In this document: one piece after another, positions 19,278 through 34,999 of the stretch | How positions within the stretch are numbered: position 1 is the first letter of the stretch | How the letters are laid out: every line of letters begins with the position of its first letter | Origin: Dictyostelium discoideum | Taxonomy: Eukaryota | Reading direction: 5' to 3' | NCBI GenBank assembly: GCA_000004695.1 | Contig: CM000150.2 | Coordinates: 4,448,001-4,512,000, forward strand | DNA length: 64,000 nucleotides | Program-made: the position numbers and the translations under genes | Notes under the pieces: model-generated | Database searches by the model: none | What the model was told of the DNA's origin: nothing | Seen by the model: only the letters and a program-made list of their open reading frames with translations

Positions 19278-20967
19278 ATGAGTAACAATAAGAATCATCA
19301 TGGCAAAGGTAATAGAAATAGTATTAATTCACAAACATCAACTGAAAAATTACCTCAATTAAATAATGGTAGTAATAATAACTTAACATCAATATTAAAT
19401 ACATCTGGCTCACCATTTGTAAAATCATCATCAACAAGTACCATTTCCCCATTTTTAATGTCTAAACATTCACCACCAACATCACCAATGGGAATTCACA
19501 GATTTAATAATAGCAATAATAATAATAATAATAATAATGTTAATAATATTATTTATAATAATAATAATAATAATAGTAATAGTAATAGTAATAATAATAG
19601 TAATAATAATAATAATAATTTTATCCAAAATAATAGTGGATATTTTACACCAACTAATAATAATAGTAGTAGTAATTTAAAAAATACATTGGATGATACA
19701 AGTATTAAGGAAAAAATCCAACAATTGGGTTGGATGGGTAGTCCTCAAACTGCATCAAATGGTAGATTAAGATCAAATTCAATGGCAATTGGTTCTCCAG
19801 GATCCATAACATTCTTTCAATTTCAATTGGAAGAAACTAATAAAAAATTGGAAGAAAAAGAAAAAGATGCTCAACTAGCCGCTGAAATTGGTAAAATTCT
19901 TTTAGAAAGAAATCAAGAACTGGAAGATCAATTAAATACATTATTAGAAAGTGAAAAAAAATATACTGACCATTTCTCTGATTATGATTTTTTAAAAAAT
20001 GTAATTACATTTAATAATTATTATTAATAATATTATTATTATTAAATAATTTATTAATTTTTTTATTTTTTTTTATTTTTAAAATGTTAATAAAGCAAAA
20101 TGAAATTTTAATTGAAAATTTAAAAGAGGCAACAAATGAAAATGAAATGTTAATTGAAAGATTAAAAGAGGAAGAAGAGATTCAAATTCAAAATAATGAA
20201 AAGAATAAAAAATTATTTATGTCACAACAAAATAGATCATCACCAAATAAACTTGAAATTGAAAAGATGGTAATGGAATTGGAAGAATATAAATTAATTA
20301 CAAAGTCAAAAGATAAAATCATAACAAAGATTAAAGGTGAAAAAGGTGATTTAGAACAAAAGATTGATGAATTAAGTAGTGGTGAGGCTTTAATCTTTAA
20401 AGAATTAAATGATGAAATTAATCAATTAAAAGAAAAGAATAAATCATTATCAAATAAATATAAAGATTTAAAATCAATTTCAAATTTAAATATTAGAAAA
20501 TCATTATTGGATGATTTTAATATTTTAAAATTAACGTTTCAACAAAATTTTGAAAATAATTCAATATTATCAACATTATTTTCTACAAATTCAAATTCAC
20601 CAACAACATCAACAACATCAACATCAACATCAACAATAACAACAACTACATCACCAACAATAACAACAAAAAATAAAATATTTAATCAAGAAGAAGATAT
20701 TAAAATATTATTAAATTCAAAAGATTTATTAAATTCTTTAAATCAAAATGAATCAATTTTAAATCAATTAATTTTTAAATTACAAATAATAGATAGAGTT
20801 GCACCACAACAACAACAACAAGATGATGAAAATAATAATATTCTAAAAGAAAAAGAAATTGAAGAAATATCAAATAAAATTGGTAGTATTCAATTGGCAT
20901 CATCAAGTAGTAATGTTATTAAAAATAGTAATGGTTCACCTTTACCATCTTCTTCTTCTTCATTGTT

Positions 20968-20998
<31 letters not shown>

Positions 20999-22454
20999 AT
21001 AGTTTCTACATCATCTTCACCAACGTTATCTATATCTTCGTCATCATCATCAACAATAGAAGGTGATAATTCAAATGATTATTTATTAAGATGTTCAATA
21101 TTAATATTAATTTCAATTTATCTTTCAAATACATTAAATAAATTGAATGATTCATTTTTAAAAGAAAGAGGTTCAAAATGTGAACTAATTGAAGATATTT
21201 CAGAATTAAATGAAAAATATCAAAATATTAATAAAATTAATATAAAATTAGAAGAGAAATTAGAAGAATCAAATATAAATTTACAAAATATTACAGATGA
21301 ATTAAATCAAATTAAAATTAATAATGTTGAAATTGAAAATAATCAAAATAATCAAAATAATCAAAATAATGATTTAATATTAAAAAAATATTATAAAATG
21401 AAATATGATAAAAGTGTAATTGGATTTTCACTAGTGATTCAAAATTTATTTGAAAGAATTAATTCATTAGAGTTATTAAATCAAGAGATAATTGAAAGAA
21501 ATAAATCATTACACAATCAAATGGAAGATATAGTTTGTATTAAAGATAATGATATTAGTTATATTAAACAACAATGTGCAATACTTGAAGAGAAAGCAAT
21601 GATTGAAACTTCAAATTCAATTGAATTAAAAGAAAACAATTCTAAATTAATTCAAGATCTATTACAACATCAAAAGAATTCATTCGAAAAAGAGAACCAA
21701 TTAAAGGATAAATACGATCACGAATTATTAAAATCAAAGCAACAATTACAACACCAAGAGAATCAATTCAACTCGGAATTAATCACAATTAAACAACAAT
21801 TTCAAATTGAAAAACAAGATTTACAATCATCAATTGAAAAACAACAACAACAATTTAATAATGATTTAGAGTGTTGTAAAATTGATTCCTCGAAATTGAA
21901 TGATCAATTAAATCAATCATTACAATTAAAAGATAATCAAATCATACAATTGAATGAACAAATTAATAAATTTAAAACTAAAGAATCATGTTTAAATGAA
22001 TTGATTGAATTTAGTGATCAAGAAATTAAAAGATTAAAAAATGAAATCAATTTAACTTTTGAAGCTTCAAAATTGGAGCAATTGGATGCTCAAGAAAAGA
22101 ATGATGAATTAATAGATGAATTAAATCAAAAATTGGATACTCAAACTTTAGATATCCAAAATAATCTTATTGAAATTGAAAATTCAAAGAATCAATTAGT
22201 AAATCAAATTAATATACTTCAAAATGAAAAAACTTCAATCGAAACAATATTTCATGAAAAATTAATTCAAGAACAATTATTATTAAATGAAAATCAACAA
22301 TTAAAATTAAAATTAAATCAATTTGAACAACAATTAAAAGAAATTAGAGAATTATATGATCAACAACAATTAGAACAACAACAACAATTTGAACAGCAAT
22401 TAGAGTTACAACAGCAACAACAATTTGAACTACAACAACAGAAACAACTAGAGC

Positions 22455-22541
<87 letters not shown>

Positions 22542-22937
22542 CAGTGATTGAGGAAAAAGTTATTCAAACATCACCACCACCACCACCACCATCAACATCT
22601 ATAATAACTGAAAATAATAATAATAATAATAATGAAAAAGTTATTCATAAATGCGAAATATTAAATGATGAAAATGGTTTAGCAATATTAAAATATGTTA
22701 ATAAATTATTGGGTAAAGAGATAAAAAGTGGATGTAGAGAATGTACATTATCATTATTTTCAGATGGTTTATTATTTTGTGAATTAATTAATAAATTCAT
22801 TCCAGAATCAATCGATAGTAGAGGTTTATTTAAAGTTTGTAAAAGTAAACAAGATAGAATAGATAATATAAATGTATCATTAAATTCAATAAAAGTATTA
22901 GGTTTTGGTACAATTTCTTCAACAACAACAACGACAA

Positions 22938-23009
<72 letters not shown>

Positions 23010-24517
23010 GTATTAATAATAATAATAATAATAATTCAACATCAATTTCATTCTCAAGTGAAGGTATAATGAATAATTATTCAGAATTAATTTCATTTTT
23101 ATTAGAAATTTTCTTTATTGGTAATATTAATAAAGTTAATTTATCAACTCATCCTGAATTAGTTTATCTTTGGAAACATAATCCAGAACATTCAATTAGT
23201 CATTCAAAGAGAGAAGAAAGTTGGGATAGTTTCATTGCATTAGAAGAATCATGTCTATTAAGAAGATGGGTTAATCATTTGTTAAAGCAAGATTCTTTAG
23301 ATTTAATTAGTGGTTTTTCAATTGATTTTCAAAAACGTGCTATTTTAATTTTAAAAACTATTATCAAAAAAGTTTATAAAAAGTTAAATAATGAAAATAA
23401 TGATAATGAAATTGAATCAATATTAAATAATATTAGTAATAATAATAATAATAATAATAGTGATAATGAAGAAGAAATAGAAAAATTATTTAAATTTATT
23501 GATTCAAAATTATTACCAAATGAAATGATTGTATTTAAAAATGATTTTTTAGGTGGGGATCAACAAAAAATCATTATATTATTATCACAATTATTACATT
23601 TAAATTCAACCATTGTTTTATCATCAAAGGATGAGAGTGAAATTAGACATAATTCACCAGATTTAGCACCTTCAAGTGAAGAGAAAGCATGTAAAGGTTG
23701 GTTAAAAACAATGGATATTAGTACTTCATCATTTTCTGATGATTTTGGTGATGGTTTATTATTATTGAAAGCATTGGATAAAGTTCAACCTGGTATAGTC
23801 AATTGGAAATTGGTCAATATGAATCCAACAAATACTTTTAGTATGACCGAGAATTGTAATTATTGTGTAAAGTTGGGTAAAGATTTGAAATTTTCTTTGG
23901 TTGGTATTGCAGGTCGTGATTTCGTTGATGGTATTAAAAAGTTTTTATTATCTTTCGTTTGGCAAATGATGAGATTATCAGTTTTAAAGAGAGCAAATCA
24001 TTTTAGAAGTGGTAGTGGAAAAAGTCAAATTAATACAAGTAGTGGTAGTGTTGGTAGTAATGGAAGTGGTACTAGTAATAGTAATGGTGGTGTCAATGGT
24101 AGTGGTGGTACTAATAGTGGTAGTGGTGGATTTAATAATGCAACATTGGAAAGAGGAAATAGTGCTCCAGAATTAACTGAGTCTGATCTAGTTTTGAAAA
24201 TAAATAGAATAGTTCAAAAATCATCTCTATCAAAACAACAAACAACTAGTTCACATATGAAATCTTTCTCTGACCCTTCATTGAAAGATGGTGTTTTCTT
24301 ATTAGACCTTTTAGATTCCATTCAACCTGGCTGTATTGATTATCAAGAGGTACAAAAAACAGATTCTTTTGAAAGTTATAAATCAAATGCTCAATATGTT
24401 ATTACAATTGCTCGTAGATTAGGATGTACTGCAATCATTTTTTGGGAAGATATTGTCGAAGTTAAACAAAATATGATAATGACTTTTGTTTGTTCTTTAT
24501 TGGAATTAATTGATTAA
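19278..24517 (+). CDS. Two-exon gene: exon 1 19278..20000, intron 20001..20095 (GTAATT...AAAG, phase 0), exon 2 20096..24517 (stop included). About 1715 aa. Long coiled-coil protein with a C-terminal fimbrin/plastin-like array of calponin-homology (CH) actin-binding domains.
   Basis: ORF 19278..20027 and ORF 20084..24517 are in the same coiled-coil register. Exon 1 ends ...FLKN at a gtaattacattt donor. The only AG in the next 95 nt is at 20094-20095, and the downstream frame is the frame of the second ORF (QNEILIENLKEATNENEMLIERLKEEEE). The C-terminal region holds CH-domain signatures: CEILNDENGLAILKYVNKLLGKE...LLFCELINKFIP, then EEKACKGWLKTMDISTSSFSDDFGDGLLLLKALDKVQPGIVNWKLVN...FLLSFVWQMMR, then DGVFLLDLLDSIQPGCIDYQEV...IIFWEDIVEVKQNMIMTFVCSLLEL. 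These match CH3/CH4 of fimbrin-type actin-binding domains. Internal (Q)n and (N)n tracts are present. Confidence 0.65.
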
Positions 24518-26270
24518 TTTATAAATAATAATAATTTTTTCTTTTTCTTTTTTTTCTTTTTATTTTTCTTTTTTTTAAGATAATCTTAAAAAATGATAAT
24601 AAAAATAAATAAATAAATAATATTATTTTTTCGAATTAATAATTATCTCATATGATTTACTTTTTTATCTAAAACAATAAAAAGTTTTTCAATTTCTCCA
24701 ATAAATAAAAAACCTGAGAGTGTAAATTGTAATGTTAATAATGCATGGATTTCATTTTAAAAAAAGTTTTTTCAAATACTTAATAAAATTCTAATTTTAA
24801 TTTTATCTTGTTGTAAATATTTGTGAGTTTTTAATAAATTCTTCTTATAGTTGGACATACAGTAATAACTTAACTCAACATTTCCCAATCTATTTAAAAA
24901 AAAAATACTACAATACTTTTTAAAACATTTCTTGAAGTATTAAATGAATACTACCAACAATTGGTAAACCAATAGGTCATGGTAATTTGGAGTTTATTTT
25001 TCTTTTTATATTTTTTTATATTTTTTTAATGTTCAGAATTATTAATATTAAATCTATTTTCATATTTCTATAAATTAACCCAATTCTCTTTTTAGAGTTT
25101 CTTTGAAAATTAATAAATTCGACAATATTCTAAATTTATTTTAAATAAACATTTAATATTAAAAAAAAATATAATTTTATTTTTTATTATTATTTTTTTT
25201 TTTTTTTTTAAAAAATAAAAAACACCAATAACTAAGCAATTTCATTTTTCTAAAAATAACTTTTTTTTTCTCATTTAAATTATAAAAAATATTAAAATCC
25301 TATTACTTTTTTTTATATTGGTTAAATTTTTATTAACCAATATCGCAACATTCCGAATTTAAATTACTATTACTTAAGAAATTTGTCCAATAACTAACAA
25401 TACTATTTTATGGTAATATGAATAATAATGAAAATTTTATTAATTTTTTTTTCAATCAATTAATAAATAAATAAAAAATTAATTTAATTTTTTTTTTTTT
25501 TTTTTTTTTTAAAAATAAATTTATATAAAATAATTTAAATAATTCCAAAAACAGGGTTGGATTATTTAAATAAAGGGTTTTTTTTTAAAAAAAAAAAATG
25601 AAATTTCACGGTTAATTTTTTTTTTTTTAATATATCTAGGACTTTAATATATGAGATAATTATTTTTTATTTTTTTTTTTTAAATTTTACATTTAAAAAA
25701 AAAATCTCACCACACAACCCACAATTTTAAATCAATGATTTTTTGTTTATTTCTAATTTGAAAAAAATTACCATTTTGGGGAAAAACACAAATATGGAAA
25801 AAAAAAAACAAAAAAAAAAAAAAAAAAAATGAAATTATTAAAAAAATATCCAAAAACAAATAAGAAATGGGAATTCTTTTATTATTTTTTATTTAAACTG
25901 TCATAAATTAATACCAATATATAGATATTTGTAATATTTCCAAAATTATAACTTTAATTCTATTAAAATCTTTAGATTTTGTTTTTTGAATTTGATATAA
26001 TCTACCAGTATTAATTAATTAAAATCCATTGTTTTTCTTGTTTTGGGTTGACCATATCAAAACAATCCTTTATTATTATTATTACCAATAATTAGTAAAT
26101 GTACTCATTTTTTCGTTGATTTTTTTTATTTTCTATTTTTAATATTGATGGGAAAATTCAAAATTAATGAAAATTCAAAATATTTAAATAGAAATTTTAT
26201 TATTTTTTTTTTTTTTTTATTTTTTTATTCTTATTAAAAATAATTTCTCATATCTAAAAAAAAAAAAAAG

Positions 26271-26310
<40 letters not shown>

Positions 26311-26317
26311 AAAGAAA

Positions 26318-26602
26318 ATGACTATTTCAAGTAACTATCATTTTATTTTATTTTATTTAATTTTTTATTTTTTTAATTTTTTTATTTTAAGATTTCTAAT
26401 AATTATATTTTTTTTATTTTTAGAAATATTTAAAAATTTAAATTCTACAAATTATAAACAAAATAAGTCATTCATTGAATATTCCAATGAATATTATCAA
26501 AATGGTTCTAATCAAGAAGGAAATAAATTATCAAATCTTTTTGGATATGGAGATAATGGAAATTATGTCTCTGGTGGAGTTAGATCAATAGTACCTCGTT
26601 AA
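26318..26602 (+). CDS. Possible small two-exon gene: exon 1 26318..26330 (ATGACTATTTCAA, phase 1), intron 26331..26423 (GTAACT...TTTTAG), exon 2 26424..26602. About 63 aa: MTISKIFKNLNSTNYKQNKSFIEYSNEYYQNGSNQEGNKLSNLFGYGDNGNYVSGGVRSIVPR.
   Basis: The listed ORF is contaminated by intron sequence (FILFYLIFYFF...). The short first exon, AT-only intron with GT..AG ends, and a second exon with non-junk composition are typical of Dictyostelium mini-genes. No homologue recognised. Confidence 0.3.
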   Translation: MTISSNYHFILFYLIFYFFNFFILRFLIIIFFLFLEIFKNLNSTNYKQNKSFIEYSNEYYQNGSNQEGNKLSNLFGYGDNGNYVSGGVRSIVPR

Positions 26603-26834
26603 AATAATTTCATTCTTATAAAGTTAATCTCGATATAAAAAAAAAAAAAATATATATATATATAAATATTTATATTATAAAATATTTAAAATAAAATAAA
26701 ATAAAATTTTAAAATTATTTTATTTTAAAACCCACACACATTTTATTTTTAATAAAAAAGAAAATAATGACAACACTTAAAGTGTTTGTGTCACACTTTT
26801 TTTTATTTTTTATTTTTTTTTATTATTTTTTTTT

Positions 26835-31049
<4,215 letters not shown>

Positions 31050-31607
31050 TTTAAATGTTTTTAATTTATTTTATTTGTATTGTATATATTTGTAATACAA
31101 AAAAAAATAAAAAGAATTTAAAATAATACTTTTTTTTAAAAAAAAAAGTATATTATATAAAAATTGAAAAACGACAATTATATTAATTTTTTTTTTTCTT
31201 TCCCCTTGTTCTGGTGCGTGTGTTTATTATTTTTTAATTTTATTTTTTTTTTTTGTATTTCACCACCAGTGGACAATTAAAAAAAAAAAAAAAAAAAAAA
31301 AATTATAAAAAAAAAAAAAATTATAAAAATAAAAAAAAAATAAAAAAAAAAAAAAAAAAATAAAAATAAAAAGAAAATTTCATATTTATTTCGTTGAGCC
31401 AGTTTTTGAAAAAAAAAAAAAAATGAAAATGAAAATAAAAATAAAAATAAATTAAACACAAGTGATCTATATCTATTTATTTTTAAAAATAAAAATAAAA
31501 ATAAAAAACAGATAAATAAAGTGTTTGTTGATCATTTGGGGCTTACACAAAAAAAAAAAAAAAAAAAACATAACTTTTTTAATTTTAATTTTTAATATTT
31601 ATTATTA

Positions 31608-32480
31608 TTATATATTTTTTTTTTGATTTATTGGATTAAATTCACAATCTTTGCAATGATCATTAATGATACCAACTGATTGCATAAAAGCATAAAGGGT
31701 GGTTGTACCAATGAATTTGAAGCCTTTTTTTTTTAAAGCAACAGACATAGCATCGGAAACTTCATTTCTAGTTAATGGTCTACTACCTTGAACACTTGTA
31801 TCACCGGTCACTCTTTGACCAATTGAAGATTTATTATTAACAAATGACCAAATGAATGTTGAGAATTCAATTTTATCTTGATCACGCATCTTTAAATAAG
31901 CTCTTGCATTATCAACTATTGCTTGTAACTTTAAACGGTTTCTGATTAAACCTGTGTTTTTCATTAGACTGTTTTCAATTACCTCTGGTGTAATATTATC
32001 AACAATTAATTTCGGATCGAAATTATAGAAACTATCTCTATAGTTTTGTCTCTTTTTCAATACAGTTATCCACGATAAACCAGCTTGTTGAGCCTCTAAA
32101 CAAATCTTTTCAAATAATCTTTGAGAATCACGATTCTCTTTACCCCATTCATTATCATGATAATGAATATACTCTTCATCTTTAGTTAAACTTATCCAAA
32201 AACATCTCTTTTTACTATCTAATGGTTTAAATCCTTTTTTTTCAATTGGTGCTTTTAATAAATCTTCACCTCCCTCTTCTACTTTTTTATTTTTAATTTT
32301 ATTATTTTTTATATTTGTTGTTTTTTTTTTGACTACTGGAGAATTTACTATTATTGGGGTAGTAGTGGTGGTAGTTGATCTTTGTCTAGTGATAATTCTA
32401 GCTGTTGATGACATAATATAATTATTTGAAGTTGGTATTGAAAATAAATGTTTAAAGGTTGTAAAAGGATATTTAAACAT
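31608..32480 (-). CDS. DNA-3-methyladenine glycosylase I (Tag family, EC 3.2.2.20) homologue. Single exon, 290 aa, with an N-terminal extension of about 95 aa, S/T/K-rich and possibly a targeting sequence.
   Basis: The core aligns by eye with E. coli Tag across its whole length: YIHYHDNEWGKENRDSQRLFEKICLEAQQAGLSWITVLKKRQNYRDSFYNFDP versus IAYHDNEWGVPETDSKKLFEMICLEGQQAGLSWITVLKKRENYRACFHQFDP. Further matches are LIRNRLKLQAIVDNARAYL, FIWSFVNN, ALKKKGFKFIGTTTLYAFMQSVGIINDH. The zinc-snap ligands are conserved: Cys in KRCFW, His in YHDNEWG, and His/Cys in NDHCKDC. Real ATG at 32480-32478 (rc of cat). Stop codon is included at 31608-31610. Confidence 0.85.
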   Translation of the reverse strand: MFKYPFTTFKHLFSIPTSNNYIMSSTARIITRQRSTTTTTTPIIVNSPVVKKKTTNIKNNKIKNKKVEEGGEDLLKAPIEKKGFKPLDSKKRCFWISLTKDEEYIHYHDNEWGKENRDSQRLFEKICLEAQQAGLSWITVLKKRQNYRDSFYNFDPKLIVDNITPEVIENSLMKNTGLIRNRLKLQAIVDNARAYLKMRDQDKIEFSTFIWSFVNNKSSIGQRVTGDTSVQGSRPLTRNEVSDAMSVALKKKGFKFIGTTTLYAFMQSVGIINDHCKDCEFNPINQKKNI

Positions 32481-33556
32481 GAAAGTTTTGAATGAAATAA
32501 TTAATTTAAAAAAAAAGAAAAAAAAAAAGTGTTATTTATTTCAAAAAAAAAAATTAAAATTAAAATTAAAAATTAAAAATAAAAATAAAAATAAAAATAA
32601 AGTAAAAACATTTTTTCATTTTTCCTGGAAATCAACCAAACGGTTTTTATTTTTAAAAAAAAGAAAATATCTCACATTCTCGTTTATCTTCGTATTAATT
32701 ACCAAATCAATTACACACAAACTAGAACTTTTTTTTTTTTTTAAAAAAAAAGAAAAACACAGGATTAAAAAATAAAAATAAAATAAATAAATTAAAAAAA
32801 AAAAAAACAAAAAAAAATTAAATAAAATAATATATAAAAATAGAATAAAATTAGTTATAAAAAAAAAAAAAAAAAAAAAGATTTTTAAAATTATTTACAC
32901 ATGTAAAAAAAAAAAAAAAAAAAAAAAGTAAAATTTTGATTTTATAAAAATTAGTTGTGGAAAAAGTTTTATGATTATAACCATATATTGATTTTTTTTT
33001 CTATTTATATATTCGATTTAAAAAAAAAAAAAAATTTAATCACCAAAAGAAATTCATTAACTTAAAACATCTGAGCACTTTTTTTTTAAAAAATACATAT
33101 TTTAATTTTTCCCTTATATAATTATTACCACTTCACTTTGTAAATTATTATTATAACCATATATAAATTTCAATATTAACGATTTTTGTTTTTTCTATAT
33201 TTTTTTTTTTTTTTTTTAAAAAAAATTTCACAAAAAAGGAAATTTAGTGATGTGGGGGTTACATCTAATTTTAAAAACATATGGAGTGGAGATTTTCAAA
33301 AAAAAAAAAAAAAACAAAAATTTAATATTGCCAAAGTTAGTTTTTTCTAGGCAATGTTTGTACAAGGTGTCATTTGTTGATGTAATATTAAAAAGACTTA
33401 ATTGGTTATATTTATTACTTGTACTCAAATTTAAAAAATAAATTAAATTATATGTATTGATTTTCACTATAAATAAAAGTTTTTTTTTTTTTCATTTTTC
33501 ATTAAAATAATATTTTAAAAAAAAAATAAATAAAAACTAATACTATAAAAAGAAAA

Positions 33557-33909
33557 ATGTCAATTTTTAGTAAGTTTTTTTTTTTTTTTTAAAAAATAAA
33601 AAAAAATTATACACATATATTTATATAAAACTATATTTATTAATAAATTTTTTTTTTTATTTTATATTTTTTTTAGAATCAATTACTTCCTTATCAGTCT
33701 CAAAATCTGTTTCAAAATCATCAATTGGCCAAAGTGGAAATTTTGGAGGTGCACAAACCTCAAACCAAATAACTGGAAATGGTGTTGTTGCAGGTTCAAA
33801 AAAAAGTGCTAGTGGTGTTTATTATCATCATGAAGAATCAAAATCATCTACCACATTTGTTAGTGGAAGTTCTTCTGAAAATGAATTTGTTGGTGCATGG
33901 GGACATTAG
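33557..33909 (+). CDS. hssA/2C/7E-family-like small protein: exon 1 33557..33569 (ATGTCAATTTTTA), intron 33570..33676 (GTAAGT...TTTTAG), exon 2 33677..33909 (TAG). 81 aa: MSIFKSITSLSVSKSVSKSSIGQSGNFGGAQTSNQITGNGVVAGSKKSASGVYYHHEESKSSTTFVSGSSSENEFVGAWGH.
   Basis: Canonical Dictyostelium mini-gene architecture: a 13-nt first exon, gtaagt donor, pure A/T intron, ttttag acceptor. The Ser/Gly-rich product begins MSIF.SI.S.S, as in the HssA/SigN family. Family assignment is from established knowledge of that family's stereotyped N-terminus and composition. Not in the ORF track because it is spliced and shorter than 60 aa per exon frame. Confidence 0.6.
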
Positions 33910-34258
33910 AATATTTAATTTTTATAAACTCTTACTTTTATGTGAAAGTTTTTTAAAATGTAAAGTTACCTAAAGCTAATATTACCATATATAAATAAAT
34001 AAGTAAAATTTTTTTTTTCAAAGTAATGACCTAAAATGTGTGTGAGGGTTTTATTTATTTTTTTTATTTTATAAAGTAAATATGTGTCTTTTTTTAAATA
34101 AAAATATTAAAATACATTAATGTATAATATTTCAAACAATTTTAGCTAGTATAAATTAAATTTTTTTTATTTTTTTTTTTATTTATCAAATATTTAATTT
34201 AAATTAACAAATAAAATATTAAAGAAATAGAAATAAAAATAAAAAAATAAAATTTAAA

Positions 34259-34587
34259 ATGACACTTTTTAGTATTTATATTTTAATTTGTTCTTAATAT
34301 TATTTTTAAATATATTGGTATTAATATATATTTTTTTATTTTTTTTTTTTTTATTTTAATTATAATAGATTCAATTTCATCAATTTCAAATTCAAATGGT
34401 ATCTCTAAAAAAAGTTTAATTGTTAATGTTGATAGTAATACAAATGAAAATGGTGGTAATAGTGTTTCATGGTTAGGTGGATTCGATAGTTGTGGTGGTT
34501 GTGGTGGTTGTGGTGGATTCAATGGTTGTGGTAGTTCAAATTTAAATATTATAAATGTTGATATTGATATTGGTCGTCGTCGTAGAT
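34259..34587 (+). CDS. hssA/2C/7E-family small protein: exon 1 34259..34271 (ATGACACTTTTTA), intron 34272..34378 (GTATTT...TAATAG), exon 2 34379..34587 (TAA). 73 aa: [79 protein letters not shown].
   Basis: The MTLF.SISS N-terminus, CGGCGGCGG core and C-terminal RRRCC are the signature of HssA/2C/7E family members. Same 13-nt first exon plus roughly 107-nt intron layout as the upstream paralogue. The minus ORF 34283..34522 is its antisense shadow. Confidence 0.7.
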
Positions 34588-34999
34588 GCTGTTAATCACC
34601 ATTTATAAATAAATATTTTCAATTTTTATAAATATTTATCTTAATTTTAAATTTCAAATAAATAAAACAACCTAAATATTTAAATTGTTTAGTTTTATTT
34701 TTATTTTTAAGTTTTTGGCGAGTATACTTTTTTTCTTCAATGGGTTCATATTTCATTTTTTTTTTTTTTTTTTTTTTTTTTTATTGCAAAATAAAAAATT
34801 AACACCGTTTAAAAATAGAAATAAAAATTACAATAAAAAAAAAAAAATTACCCAAATTAATTTTAAAATTTTAAATAATCCTTTTTTTTTAACAAAAAAA
34901 AAAAAATTTAAGCGCCAAAATAAATCCATTAAATTAAAATAAAATTTTTTTTTCATTTTTTTTTCATTTTTTTATTTTTTTTATAATTTTTAAAAGGAA

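Noticed and set aside
25710-25790. DUSE-like motif AACCCACAA at about 25717-25725, a possible upstream element of a small ncRNA gene
   Set aside because: The sequence about 60 nt downstream is A-rich and unstructured. I did not see the class I RNA motif CCTTACAGCAA, nor snRNA-like sequence. A single octamer match in 64 kb of AT-rich DNA is not convincing.
34283-34522. Minus-strand ORF encoding [11 protein letters not shown]...
   Set aside because: Antisense of the CGGCGG-rich exon of the hssA-family gene at 34259-34587.
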